A DNA stretch of 64,000 nt, taken from positions 1,664,001 to 1,728,000 of the forward strand of contig OX638340.1 in assembly GCA_951812955.1 (NCBI GenBank), read 5' to 3'. The notes below the pieces were generated by a model. It was not told where the DNA came from. It saw nothing but the letters and a program-made list of their open reading frames with translations, and did no database searches. Below are positions 29,787-39,152 of this stretch, piece by piece. Position 1 is the first letter of the stretch. Each line of letters opens with the position of its first letter. Both the position numbers and the translations under genes were made by a program. This DNA comes from an uncultured Gemmatimonadota bacterium (GTDB taxonomy: Bacteria > JAAXHH01).

Positions 29787-30752
29787 TTATTTTAGTTCCA
29801 CCTCGATCGTGCCCAGCGTCGTGTAGCTCATCACGGACTTGCTGCCGGCGCCCGCGCGGGGCGGCGGGAAGACCGTGCCGGTGATTACCACGTCTCCTGC
29901 CCGGAGATATTCGTCGCTGTAGGTAGTCAACTCGTTGGCCAGCCAGGTCAGCGCTTCGAGGGGGTCGACGCCCATATTCATGGTGGCCAGCGCAGAGGCC
30001 CTTTCCTCGCCGTCGATCTCTACGGTCGCGGTTTCCTTCGTGAAATCCATCTCGGCGAGGGGCACGCGCGTCTCGCCCAGGATGATGCCTACGTGAAAGA
30101 CATTGCCTGTGACATCATGGTCACGTGTGGACGGGTTTTCCTCGGAGCCACTGGTCCAGGAGGAAAGCAGCTCGATCACGCCACCGACCGCAGAGACCGC
30201 ACTGCCGACCTGCTCCCGGGTAAGATCGGGACCGGGCAGGTCCTCGCCGATCCAGAAGGCGAATTCGCCTTCCACGACCGCCGAGTCCGCTACGAAGGAC
30301 GCCGCTTCCACGGGCGTTCCGGGCTCAAACACGTTAGACGCCATGATATGGCCGTATATGGGGTCCAGCGTGGCCGGGTCCTCGGGCATGCGTGAAAAGC
30401 CGATCTTCCAGCCGACCCGTTCTTCGGTCTTGAGCTTCTCGGCCAGGATGTCCGCCTGGATGTCGTAGGCGGTCTGGCGGTCCAGATCGGGGAAATTTAC
30501 CGCCATGGCCTCGGTATTGATCTTCTTCCCTTCGGCCTCCAACAGGTGAGCTACGATGGCGGCCCGGTCGGAGTCTGGCGAGAGGGTGGTGGTGAGGGAC
30601 TCGGAGGCGGGTGCGGTTTCAGCGTCGGCCGCGGATTCGGACTCGGCTGGAGGCGCTGCCGTTTCCTCTTCTGTAGTCGCACACGCCATGCAGACCGACA
30701 ACATGGTCACCAACGCGCCACCCGCGAGTATTGCCGACAGATTCCGGTACAT
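29787..30752 (-). CDS. 2-keto-4-pentenoate hydratase / FAH-family (MhpD-like) protein with an N-terminal signal/lipoprotein-like peptide
   Basis: MhpD/HpaH-like hydratase-decarboxylase core. Start set at MYRNLSAILAGGALVTMLSVCMAC (ATG 30752). Confidence 0.6.
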   Translation of the reverse strand: MYRNLSAILAGGALVTMLSVCMACATTEEETAAPPAESESAADAETAPASESLTTTLSPDSDRAAIVAHLLEAEGKKINTEAMAVNFPDLDRQTAYDIQADILAEKLKTEERVGWKIGFSRMPEDPATLDPIYGHIMASNVFEPGTPVEAASFVADSAVVEGEFAFWIGEDLPGPDLTREQVGSAVSAVGGVIELLSSWTSGSEENPSTRDHDVTGNVFHVGIILGETRVPLAEMDFTKETATVEIDGEERASALATMNMGVDPLEALTWLANELTTYSDEYLRAGDVVITGTVFPPPRAGAGSKSVMSYTTLGTIEVELK

Positions 30753-30787
30753 AATGACTCCTGTGAAAGTGTGTATATCCGTCAGTG

Positions 30788-31324
30788 TTACTGAAAAAGT
30801 CCCATGATTGAAAATACCAGGACGAGGAGGAATGCAGCCGTCAACACCCAGGTCAACCACCTTTTACCGGGTTGACGAACCCAGTAGAATACGAGCACGG
30901 ACAGGGTCAGCGCCTGGGCGAATGTCTCGATACTGCCGCCACCGAACTGAGCGCTTAACGGGATCGTTGTATAGATCAGACCTTCTATGGAACCCGGTGA
31001 CGGACCAAAGGTACTCAACATGCCGATCACCACCAAAACCACCCACATGGTCAGCCAGCCGTATTCCCGACCGAAATACTCAAGGCGCAACAGGTAGAAT
31101 ACGACACCGAACAATACCCCACGTACGGGCTGAAAAAGTGGTCCGGCCAGTAACAAAGGATCGTCCATACGCCGCATGTAGACGTTGAAGACCGGTTCGT
31201 CCCAGAGCGCCCTGTAGTCGAAAAACGCAAATGCCAGCGCACCCGCGGCAAAGTACGTCACGGTGTGAACTACAGTGGTTTTCGTGACGATACCCGCCAG
31301 AGTCAGATGAGAGGCATGAACCAT
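30788..31324 (-). CDS. hypothetical integral membrane protein
   Basis: Five to six hydrophobic helices. ATG 31324 with an AGGAG ribosome-binding site. Confidence 0.5.
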   Translation of the reverse strand: MVHASHLTLAGIVTKTTVVHTVTYFAAGALAFAFFDYRALWDEPVFNVYMRRMDDPLLLAGPLFQPVRGVLFGVVFYLLRLEYFGREYGWLTMWVVLVVIGMLSTFGPSPGSIEGLIYTTIPLSAQFGGGSIETFAQALTLSVLVFYWVRQPGKRWLTWVLTAAFLLVLVFSIMGLFQ

Positions 31325-31529
31325 TTTCGCTCCTGAAGCACCTACGGACACGATGACGGCGGTACTTGCGGGTACTATGGCGACAATATCTGGAGTTTAA
31401 CCATAACATACCGGCTGTCAAGTCTTTACCCTTGATTCACCGCGGTCCTGAAGGTACTATTTCACCCATAGAATCCCTATTGCCACGACGCGGCACGGAA
31501 CAGCCGCATGCCACCCAAGGGAGCGATCC

Positions 31530-32597
31530 ATGACCACTGACGACCGCCTCGTATCTCTGCTCCAGGAACTCGTGTACGCCCGGGGACCTTCAGGCCAGGA
31601 GGACGAGGTCCGGACGGTCTGTGAACGGGAACTGCAAACTCTTTGCGACGAGACCCGGGTCGACGCCGCCGGCAACGTCATCGGCCTGATGAAGGGTCTA
31701 AAGGCGGACGCCCCGGTAATCCGTGTGATGGCGCACCTGGACGAACTGGCCCTGGTCGTCAAGCGCGTCAACGAGGACGGAACCCTCCGGGTCAATCCAC
31801 TCGGAGGCATCTACCCGGCGAACTACGGGCAGGGACCTGTCGAGATCCTGGCGGACAGCGGCATCCTTCCCGGCGTGCTCTCTGTCGGACCGCAGCATAC
31901 AACGGCCGATTCCGCCCGGATCTGGGAGACCAAGATCAAGGGCGGCAACGTGGCCATGGATTGGAATCACGTGTACGTGTTCACGCGCATGACGCCGGCG
32001 CAGCTGCGGGAAGCGGGCGTGCACGCCGGCACCCGCGTGGTCATCGCCCGGTCACGGCGAGCATTCCTGGAAGTCGAAGACTGCATCGGCGGGTATTTCA
32101 TGGACAATCGGGCGGCCATCGCCATCGCCATCGGCGCGGCCGCGCGTATGAGGGACCAGGGCGTCCGGCCCGCTGGCGACGCCTACCTGGTGATGACCAC
32201 CTGCGAGGAGATCGGCGGCCACGGCGCCGCGTACGCCGCGCGGACCCTGCCCGGCGACGTGTCCCTGGCCGTGGATTCAGGACCGGCCTGCGAAGAATAC
32301 GGGGTGGCCCTTTCCGACGACCCCGTCGTAGTATACGGCGACGCCGGGGGACTCTACGACAAGTCCGTCGCGGACCGCCTGCTGGCATGCGGGCGGGAAC
32401 TGGGCATGGACCCCCAGTGCGCGTACTGGCAGAGCTACGCCTCCGACGCGTCCATGGCGAAGTCCGTGGGCCAGACGCCCCGGGCCGGCCTGCTCTGCAT
32501 CCCCACGGAGAACACCCACGGATACGAGATCATACCCCGCAACGGGTTGAACCGGTGCGTCGCCCTGCTGGCGGCCTACCTTGAAAAACCGGAGTAG
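31530..32597 (+). CDS. M42 family metallopeptidase (glutamyl aminopeptidase / FrvX-like)
   Basis: M42 motifs (DDRLVSLLQELV, AHLDELAL, GGYFMDNRAAIA, EEIGGHGA). Confidence 0.8.
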   Translation: MTTDDRLVSLLQELVYARGPSGQEDEVRTVCERELQTLCDETRVDAAGNVIGLMKGLKADAPVIRVMAHLDELALVVKRVNEDGTLRVNPLGGIYPANYGQGPVEILADSGILPGVLSVGPQHTTADSARIWETKIKGGNVAMDWNHVYVFTRMTPAQLREAGVHAGTRVVIARSRRAFLEVEDCIGGYFMDNRAAIAIAIGAAARMRDQGVRPAGDAYLVMTTCEEIGGHGAAYAARTLPGDVSLAVDSGPACEEYGVALSDDPVVVYGDAGGLYDKSVADRLLACGRELGMDPQCAYWQSYASDASMAKSVGQTPRAGLLCIPTENTHGYEIIPRNGLNRCVALLAAYLEKPE

Positions 32598-32619
32598 CCG
32601 AGAGGAGCGGAGGACCTTC

Positions 32620-33885
32620 ATGTCCCTGAAAGTCACCAACGTGGAAAGATTCACCGTCACCGTGCCCTTCACGCAGGGTCAACGGCCCATGGCCGAGCGA
32701 ACGGTATACAACTGGTCCGTCTTCGAACTGTGCAAGGTCTCAACCGACGCCGGGCTCGTGGGCTGGGGCGAGACCATCGTCCATTACATCCATGCGCGGG
32801 TGACCGACCGGAGCGTGGAACGCGTCATGGGAAAGAGCCCTGCGGACTTCATGCAGGACGATACGATTGGCGCCGGGCTGCAGATGGCCCTGTACGACGT
32901 GGTGGGCAAAGCGCTCGAGGTGCCCTGCCACAAGCTCCTGGGCAACAAGGTGCGTGACTGGGTGCCCATTTCCTGGTGGTCCAACGAAGGGCCTCCAGAC
33001 GACTGGGTCCGACAGGCGCGGGACGCTGTAGACAACGGGTACACCACCATCAAGCTCAAACAGCGGCCCTGGCATGACATCAACGAACAGATGGAGGCGA
33101 TCGACGCATCCGTGCCGCGCCACTTCCGGGTGGATCTCGACGCCAACGGTTCCATGCACAACGCGGCGGCGGCCATGCCCGTCATGCGCGGCCTGGAGCG
33201 ATTCGACATCGTGGCCATGTTCGAGACGCCCATACCGCAGACCGACATCCTGGGGAACCGCCAGCTCCGGCAGGTCATCAACCGTCCCATCGCCATGCAT
33301 TTCGGCTCGCCGCCCTACACCACGGTGGTCCGCGAAGCGGTATGTGACGGTTTCGTCGTCGGTGGAGGCGCCTCGCGGGTGATGTACCAGGGGATTCTCA
33401 GCGCGGAAGCCAACATGCCCTTCTGGCTCCAGATGGTCGGCAACGGACTTACCACCACGTGGGCCGCCCATCTCGGCGCCGTGCTCACCCACGCCACCTG
33501 GCCCGCCATCACCTGTATCAACCTGTACCGCCACCACCTGCTCAAAAGTCCCATCGAAGTCGTGGGCGGCTTCCACCGCGTGCCCGACGGACCGGGTCTG
33601 GGCGTGGAAGTGGACGAAGAGGCCATGCACGGCTTCCTCGTTCCAAACGACGTGATGCGGCCATTCCACGACCGGGACGAGCCGTACGACTTCCCGAGGC
33701 CCCGGTTTATCCGCACGGCGGTGTTTCCGGATGGGCGCCGCGTCCATTTTGGGAATATCCGCCACGGGTGGGAACTGGAGGCCTACACGCCCGGCGTACG
33801 CACGGAATACTGGCGGGAAGACGGCACCGAAGGTTTCGAAGACCTCTGGAGCCGTACGCAGGAACGGCCCGTATCCGAGGGATGA
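32620..33885 (+). CDS. enolase-superfamily enzyme (mandelate racemase/muconate lactonizing family)
   Basis: KLKQ and VDLDANGS barrel motifs. Start ATG 32620 with a GAGGAGCGGAGGA ribosome-binding site. The stop lies inside the first unit of the 21-bp repeat array. Confidence 0.75.
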   Translation: MSLKVTNVERFTVTVPFTQGQRPMAERTVYNWSVFELCKVSTDAGLVGWGETIVHYIHARVTDRSVERVMGKSPADFMQDDTIGAGLQMALYDVVGKALEVPCHKLLGNKVRDWVPISWWSNEGPPDDWVRQARDAVDNGYTTIKLKQRPWHDINEQMEAIDASVPRHFRVDLDANGSMHNAAAAMPVMRGLERFDIVAMFETPIPQTDILGNRQLRQVINRPIAMHFGSPPYTTVVREAVCDGFVVGGGASRVMYQGILSAEANMPFWLQMVGNGLTTTWAAHLGAVLTHATWPAITCINLYRHHLLKSPIEVVGGFHRVPDGPGLGVEVDEEAMHGFLVPNDVMRPFHDRDEPYDFPRPRFIRTAVFPDGRRVHFGNIRHGWELEAYTPGVRTEYWREDGTEGFEDLWSRTQERPVSEG

Positions 33886-34052
33886 ACGACCGGGGTGGTC
33901 GGACGAACGACCGGGGTGGTCGGACGAACGACCGGGGTGGTCGGACGAACGACCGGGGTGGTCGGACGAACGACCGGGGTGGTCGGACGAACGACCGGGG
34001 AGGTCGGACCAAACGACCGGGGAGGCCGGACCGAGCGACCGGGGAGGCCGGA
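33884..34052. repeat. 21-bp tandem array x8 (GAACGACCGGGGTGGTCGGAC), each unit an internal palindrome CGACC-N5-GGTCG
   Basis: Seen directly: five perfect copies at 33884-33988 and three degenerate copies to 34052. No unique spacers. Intergenic, between the enolase-family gene and the SDR gene. Confidence 0.9.
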
Positions 34053-34172
34053 CCAGACCGCATGGTGAGAACGGTGCCACGTTGACACGTAACCAGGGAT
34101 CGGTAAACTGCCGGCAAGACGGGCATTTCTTAAAAATTCGTATAAGGAAGACCAGGTAACCGGAGCAGAACC

Positions 34173-34922
34173 ATGAGACTGGAAGACAAGACTGCGATCG
34201 TAACCGGCGCGGCATCGGGCATTGGACGAGGCACCGCGGAGATGATGGCGCGGGAAGGCGCCCGGGTAGTGGCCGTGGACATCAACGAAGTGGGACTGGA
34301 ACAGACGGTCGAATCGATCCGCCTGGAAGGCTGGGCGGCCACGGCCTGCGTCGCAGACGTGGGGCGGGACGATCAGGTTCGACGCATGATTCAGTGCGCG
34401 GTCGACACCTATGGCGGACTGCAGATCCTGCACAACAACGCCTACTGGCACGCGCCCGGTCCGGTCTGCGACCTCCCGGAAGCCGACTGGGACCGGACGC
34501 TGAACGTCTGCCTGAAGGCTATCTACCTGGGCAGCAGGCACGCCATTCCGGTCATGAAAGATTCGGGCGGCGGCGCGATCGTAAACACGGCGTCTGTGCA
34601 CAGTCTGGTTGGTTTCCGGGACTACGCCGCCTACGACGCGGCCAAGGGCGGGGTGATCGGGATCACGCGCTCCGTGGCCGTGGACTACGGGCCCGAGATC
34701 CGAAGCAACGCGGTGCTGCCCGGCGCCATCCTGACGCATGCCTGGGACGGTCTCGACGAAGCGATTCAACGGCCCTATATCGACCGGCCTCCCATGAAAC
34801 GGCTGGGACTGCCGGAAGACATCGCCTCAGCCGTGGTGTTTCTCGCCTCCGACGAGGCGTCCTTCATCACCGGCGCCAGCCTCGTGGTCGACGGCGGCCT
34901 GACCATCGTCGGCGACGCGTAA
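34173..34922 (+). CDS. SDR family oxidoreductase
   Basis: TGAASGIGRG Rossmann motif, NNAY, and the catalytic YDAAK. Confidence 0.85.
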   Translation: MRLEDKTAIVTGAASGIGRGTAEMMAREGARVVAVDINEVGLEQTVESIRLEGWAATACVADVGRDDQVRRMIQCAVDTYGGLQILHNNAYWHAPGPVCDLPEADWDRTLNVCLKAIYLGSRHAIPVMKDSGGGAIVNTASVHSLVGFRDYAAYDAAKGGVIGITRSVAVDYGPEIRSNAVLPGAILTHAWDGLDEAIQRPYIDRPPMKRLGLPEDIASAVVFLASDEASFITGASLVVDGGLTIVGDA

Positions 34923-35120
34923 CCTTTCCCGGCTGGAGCGTGCGATGTATATGAAGTTCAACACTTTCTTGCGGGATATGCATGGCCTGTTTCGACTGAA
35001 TAGTGAGTTGGAATGGTGTCTGAACCCTTACGTGAGCTGCGTAACCGCGAGGAACGTGACCCGCCGTGCCGTCGTCCCTCGCAATGCGCCATGTGATTCC
35101 GCCACAGTCCCTGAAAGAAC

Positions 35121-36503
35121 ATGAGCGTATCCGAATCATCGAAACCTGAACTTCAGGATCCCGTACCCGCCATCCATCCGTCCGCGGGAAGCGTGAACCG
35201 AGTCTGGCTGCTGGCCTATCCGATCATCCTGGCCAACATGTCCGAGACCCTTCTGGGCGTGGTCGACACTTACATGGTCGGCCAGCTCGGCGTGGCTGAG
35301 ATCGGCGCCGTGGGTCTCGGGTCCATGCTCGCGTGGCTCTTCTACCTGCCGGTCCTGGGTCTGGCGATGGGGTTGAATACCTTCGTCGCCCAGAGCTACG
35401 GCGCCGGAAACCGGAAGGAATGCGGGTACATGACCTGGCAGGGGCTGTACATGGCCGTGGCAAGCGGCTTATTGATCCTGCTCGTCATCCCCTTCGTACC
35501 GCTTCTGTTCGATATCGCGGGACCTTCCGCAGAAGTTCGACGCCTGGGTGTCACCTACCTGCAGTGGCGCCTGATCGACGGCCCGGCCTTCATGGTCGCC
35601 ATGACGGCCGCCAGCTTCTTCCGCGGTATCGGCGATACGAAAACGCCGATGAAGATCGGCATAACCATCAATATCATCAACGTCATCCTGAATTACGGAC
35701 TGATCTACGGCAATTTCGGCCTGCCCCGCCTCGAAGTGCAGGGATCGGCCATCGGATCGGCGCTGGCCGGCATGCTGGGCGGAGGGATTTACCTCGTCCT
35801 GTTCCTGTCCAGACGACTGCATCCTTACGCCAACCGGACCGTTCCCCGGCCCCGGTGGCTGGACCAGGTCCGGCTTTTAAAGGTTGGCGCGCCGATCGGC
35901 CTGCAACGGTTCCTCGATATCGGCAGCTTCGTGATATTCGCCGCCTTCATCGGCAGATTGGGAAATGCCCAGCTGGCCGCGAACCAGATCGCCATCCAGC
36001 TGATGTCCATCTCGTACATGATCGGCCTGGGTATCGGCATGGCCGCTTCCACGCTCGTGGGCCAGTATATCGGCGCGAAACGCATCGAACTGGCCGAGCG
36101 CAGCGCATACAGCGCCTTGAAACTGGCCATGGGCATCATGGTTTTCATCGGCCTGTGCTTCCTGTTGTTCCCCGAGCCGCTCGTTTCACTTTTTAACGGC
36201 GACCCGGCCGTCATACGCTACGGAAGGCAGGGACTCTTGTTCGCGGCGCTCTTCCAGGCCTTCGACGCCCTCGCCGTCATATACATCGGCGCTCTTCGCG
36301 GCGCCGGCGACACCCGGTGGTCCGCCGTGGCCGCCTTCATAGGTGCATGGGTCATCTTCCTGCCAATGACCTACCTGTTCGCCTTCACGATGGGTCTGGA
36401 TTTCTGGGGGGCCTGGCTGAGTGCGACGATCTATATCTGTCTCCTCGGCATTGCCTGCGTTTACCGGTTCCGGCAGGGTGTATGGAAGCGGATGGTCATA
36501 TAG
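35121..36503 (+). CDS. MATE family efflux transporter
   Basis: Twelve TM helices and a MATE N-terminal signature (AYPIILANMSETLLGVVDTYMVGQLG). Confidence 0.85.
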   Translation: MSVSESSKPELQDPVPAIHPSAGSVNRVWLLAYPIILANMSETLLGVVDTYMVGQLGVAEIGAVGLGSMLAWLFYLPVLGLAMGLNTFVAQSYGAGNRKECGYMTWQGLYMAVASGLLILLVIPFVPLLFDIAGPSAEVRRLGVTYLQWRLIDGPAFMVAMTAASFFRGIGDTKTPMKIGITINIINVILNYGLIYGNFGLPRLEVQGSAIGSALAGMLGGGIYLVLFLSRRLHPYANRTVPRPRWLDQVRLLKVGAPIGLQRFLDIGSFVIFAAFIGRLGNAQLAANQIAIQLMSISYMIGLGIGMAASTLVGQYIGAKRIELAERSAYSALKLAMGIMVFIGLCFLLFPEPLVSLFNGDPAVIRYGRQGLLFAALFQAFDALAVIYIGALRGAGDTRWSAVAAFIGAWVIFLPMTYLFAFTMGLDFWGAWLSATIYICLLGIACVYRFRQGVWKRMVI

Positions 36504-36518
36504 CAGAGCGTTTTTCAA

Positions 36519-37610
36519 ATGCCGTTTTTCAACAAGGGAATGGAGTGCCAAGTGTCCAATAAGAAGAAATGCCTGATGATCGGCGCCGGCGGCATGGCCG
36601 GCGGTTGGATTCGCAGTTTCTACCCGCGGTTCAAGGACCGGCACGAGATCGTCGCACTGGTGGATATCAACGCGGATATTCTCCACGACGCGGGGGATTT
36701 CCTGGGGCTTCCCCGGAGTCACAGGTACACGGACATGGAGAGCGCTTTCGGGGAGGTGGACGCGGACTACTGCACAATCGTCATTCCCCCGGCCGTTCAC
36801 CGGGACGCCGTGATGCTGGCGGTGGAGCATAAGCTGGACATCCTGAGTGAAAAACCGATTGCCGACACGTGGTCCGCATGCGTAGATATATACAGGGCGG
36901 TAATGGATGCCGGCCTGAAGATGCACGTGATTCAAAACTACCGCTATTCCAGCCGCATGCTGACGATGCGGCAGGTATTGCGAGACGGAGCGCTTGGACG
37001 GATCAACTACATCCAGGGCCGATTTGCCGCGGACTACCGGGAATACGGCGCCTGGGGCGCCTTCCGCTACGAAATACCGCACACCCTGCTCGTGGAAGGC
37101 GCCGTGCATCACTTTGACATGATGCGGAATCTTTCGGGGGGAGACTGCAAGACGATCGCCGGTTGGGAGTGGAACCGGCCGTGGAGCACCTTCCAGGGGG
37201 ATTGCTGCGCCATGTACGTGATGGATATGACCAACGGGGTGAAGGCGGCCTACGAGGGGTCGTGCCTGGGCGCCGCCGAACAGAACAGCTGGCACGGGGA
37301 GTACTACCGGGCGGAATGCGAAGAGGGTGCCGTCGCCATTGGAAGCGACGGGGTCACGCGCATGTATAGACATACGCCCGGAAAGGGTATGTGCGTCGAA
37401 GACGTCAGCCCCGTCGTTCCCGAATACGACGGACACCAATGGCAGATCAACGAGTTTCTCGACTGGATCGACGGGGGACCCGCACCCGATACATGCCTGG
37501 AGCACAACATCCGGAGCGTGGCCATGGTCTTCGCCGCCATCGAAGCTTCGAAGACAGGAGAGTCGATCGACGTGGAGGAAATGGTCGGGCAGGTCGTAAA
37601 CACCGCTTGA
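36519..37610 (+). CDS. Gfo/Idh/MocA family oxidoreductase
   Basis: N-terminal Rossmann GAGGMAGG and a dehydrogenase C-terminal domain. Alternative start at ATG 36540. Confidence 0.75.
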   Translation: MPFFNKGMECQVSNKKKCLMIGAGGMAGGWIRSFYPRFKDRHEIVALVDINADILHDAGDFLGLPRSHRYTDMESAFGEVDADYCTIVIPPAVHRDAVMLAVEHKLDILSEKPIADTWSACVDIYRAVMDAGLKMHVIQNYRYSSRMLTMRQVLRDGALGRINYIQGRFAADYREYGAWGAFRYEIPHTLLVEGAVHHFDMMRNLSGGDCKTIAGWEWNRPWSTFQGDCCAMYVMDMTNGVKAAYEGSCLGAAEQNSWHGEYYRAECEEGAVAIGSDGVTRMYRHTPGKGMCVEDVSPVVPEYDGHQWQINEFLDWIDGGPAPDTCLEHNIRSVAMVFAAIEASKTGESIDVEEMVGQVVNTA

Positions 37611-37722
37611 AGGAGAGAACGGGAACTGCCTGAAGGAGAAAACGGGAACTGCCGTTGACGGGGAGAAAGTGATTGGACCGGTGACGGGCGCCGCCTGAGA
37701 GAGGTACGGGTACCAAATTCAT

Positions 37723-38949
37723 ATGCAGAACCAGAAAATCCCTTTTATAAACGCATTTTTGAGACTGGAATCCGCCAGCGGCATTCTGCTGATGCTCGCG
37801 ACCGCCCTGGCCATGGTGTTCGCGAACTCGTTCCTCGAACCGCTCTATCATCGATTGCTGGAGATAGAGATCGAGATCCGCATCGCCGCCCTGGATATCA
37901 ACAAACCGCTGCTCCTCTGGATCAACGACGGTCTGATGACCATCTTCTTCTTCCTCGTGGGACTGGAATTGAAGCGGGAATTCCTCGAGGGCGAGCTGTC
38001 GAACCGGCGCAACATCATCCTGCCCGGCATCGGCGCCGTCGGCGGTATGGTGGTCCCCGCGCTGATCTATCTCCTCATCAACAGCGACGACCCCTCCGCC
38101 TGGCGGGGCTGGGCCGTCCCGGTCGCTACGGACATCGCCTTTACCCTGGGCGTATTGACCTTGTTGGGTACGCGCGTGCCCATTTCGATCAAGGTCTTCC
38201 TGACCTCGCTGGCCATCCTGGACGACATCGGCGCGATCTTGATCATCGCGGTATTCTACACGGCGGAAATTTCGATGACCGCCCTGATAGTGGCCGCGGG
38301 TTGCGTACTCGTGCTGGTCTTCCTGAACAACAGGAACTGGGTCTCCCACAGTTCGTACATGATGGTCGGCATAGTCCTCTGGATCGCCTTGCTTAAATCC
38401 GGAGTGCACGCAACGCTTGCGGGCGTGATCCTGGCCGCGTTCATCCCCATGCGTTCCAGGACCGACCCCGACGTCTCGCCACTCAAGATCCTGGAGCACG
38501 ATCTGCACACCGTCGTGGCCTTCGTCATCCTTCCCGTGTTCGCTTTCGCCAACTCCGGTGTCATGTTGAGCGGCATTACGGCCGAACAGGCGCTTCACGG
38601 CGTACCCGTCGGGGTCGCCCTCGGACTGTTCCTGGGCAAGCAGATCGGGATATTCGCACTGTGTTGGCTGTTCATCAAGATGAAAGTGGCCGCGCTGCCG
38701 AGGGGGATGTCCTGGGCTGGCCTCTATGGGGCAAGTACCCTGTGTGGGATCGGATTCACCATGAGCCTGTTCATCGGTTCGCTGGCCTTCGGCGAAACCG
38801 ATATTCACGCCATGTTCGACGAGCGGCTGGGGATCATCGTGGGATCGCTACTGTCGGGGGTGTTGGGCTATGCCATCCTCCGATACAGCCTGCCGCCCGC
38901 CGACAAGCCGGAAGAGGTCGTCGAGCAAGAGGTCGAGCAGGTGGTTTGA
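37723..38949 (+). CDS. nhaA: Na+/H+ antiporter NhaA
   Basis: Full-length NhaA signature across 12 TM helices, including the conserved ATDIAF and the paired-Asp region. Confidence 0.9.
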   Translation: MQNQKIPFINAFLRLESASGILLMLATALAMVFANSFLEPLYHRLLEIEIEIRIAALDINKPLLLWINDGLMTIFFFLVGLELKREFLEGELSNRRNIILPGIGAVGGMVVPALIYLLINSDDPSAWRGWAVPVATDIAFTLGVLTLLGTRVPISIKVFLTSLAILDDIGAILIIAVFYTAEISMTALIVAAGCVLVLVFLNNRNWVSHSSYMMVGIVLWIALLKSGVHATLAGVILAAFIPMRSRTDPDVSPLKILEHDLHTVVAFVILPVFAFANSGVMLSGITAEQALHGVPVGVALGLFLGKQIGIFALCWLFIKMKVAALPRGMSWAGLYGASTLCGIGFTMSLFIGSLAFGETDIHAMFDERLGIIVGSLLSGVLGYAILRYSLPPADKPEEVVEQEVEQVV

Positions 38950-39152
38950 GGGGGATGATAGCAAAGATGACAGTTCATATATTCGAATTTAAGCATAAAC
39001 TGACTAGCATTCTCTACGTTGCAATTCCCAATTCATACACGCAAGCCTTACGCTGACCGGTCGTACATAGCTAGTTTGGAAAGGCACACATCTATCTAAC
39101 ACTTCACGATAGATCCATTTGGCCATTTCTGTAAGAAAACTGCAGTTTCTTT

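Noticed and set aside
33884-34052. Possible CRISPR array
   Set aside because: The units are contiguous, with no unique spacers and no leader or cas genes nearby. It is a tandem repeat, not a CRISPR.
32740-34215. Several long ORFs (32740..34215, 33459..34085, 33707..34126, 33731..34159) with reiterated RSSDHPG or GRTNDRG peptides
   Set aside because: These are translations of the 21-bp tandem array in multiple frames and strands. They overlap the well-supported enolase-family gene and have no start context.
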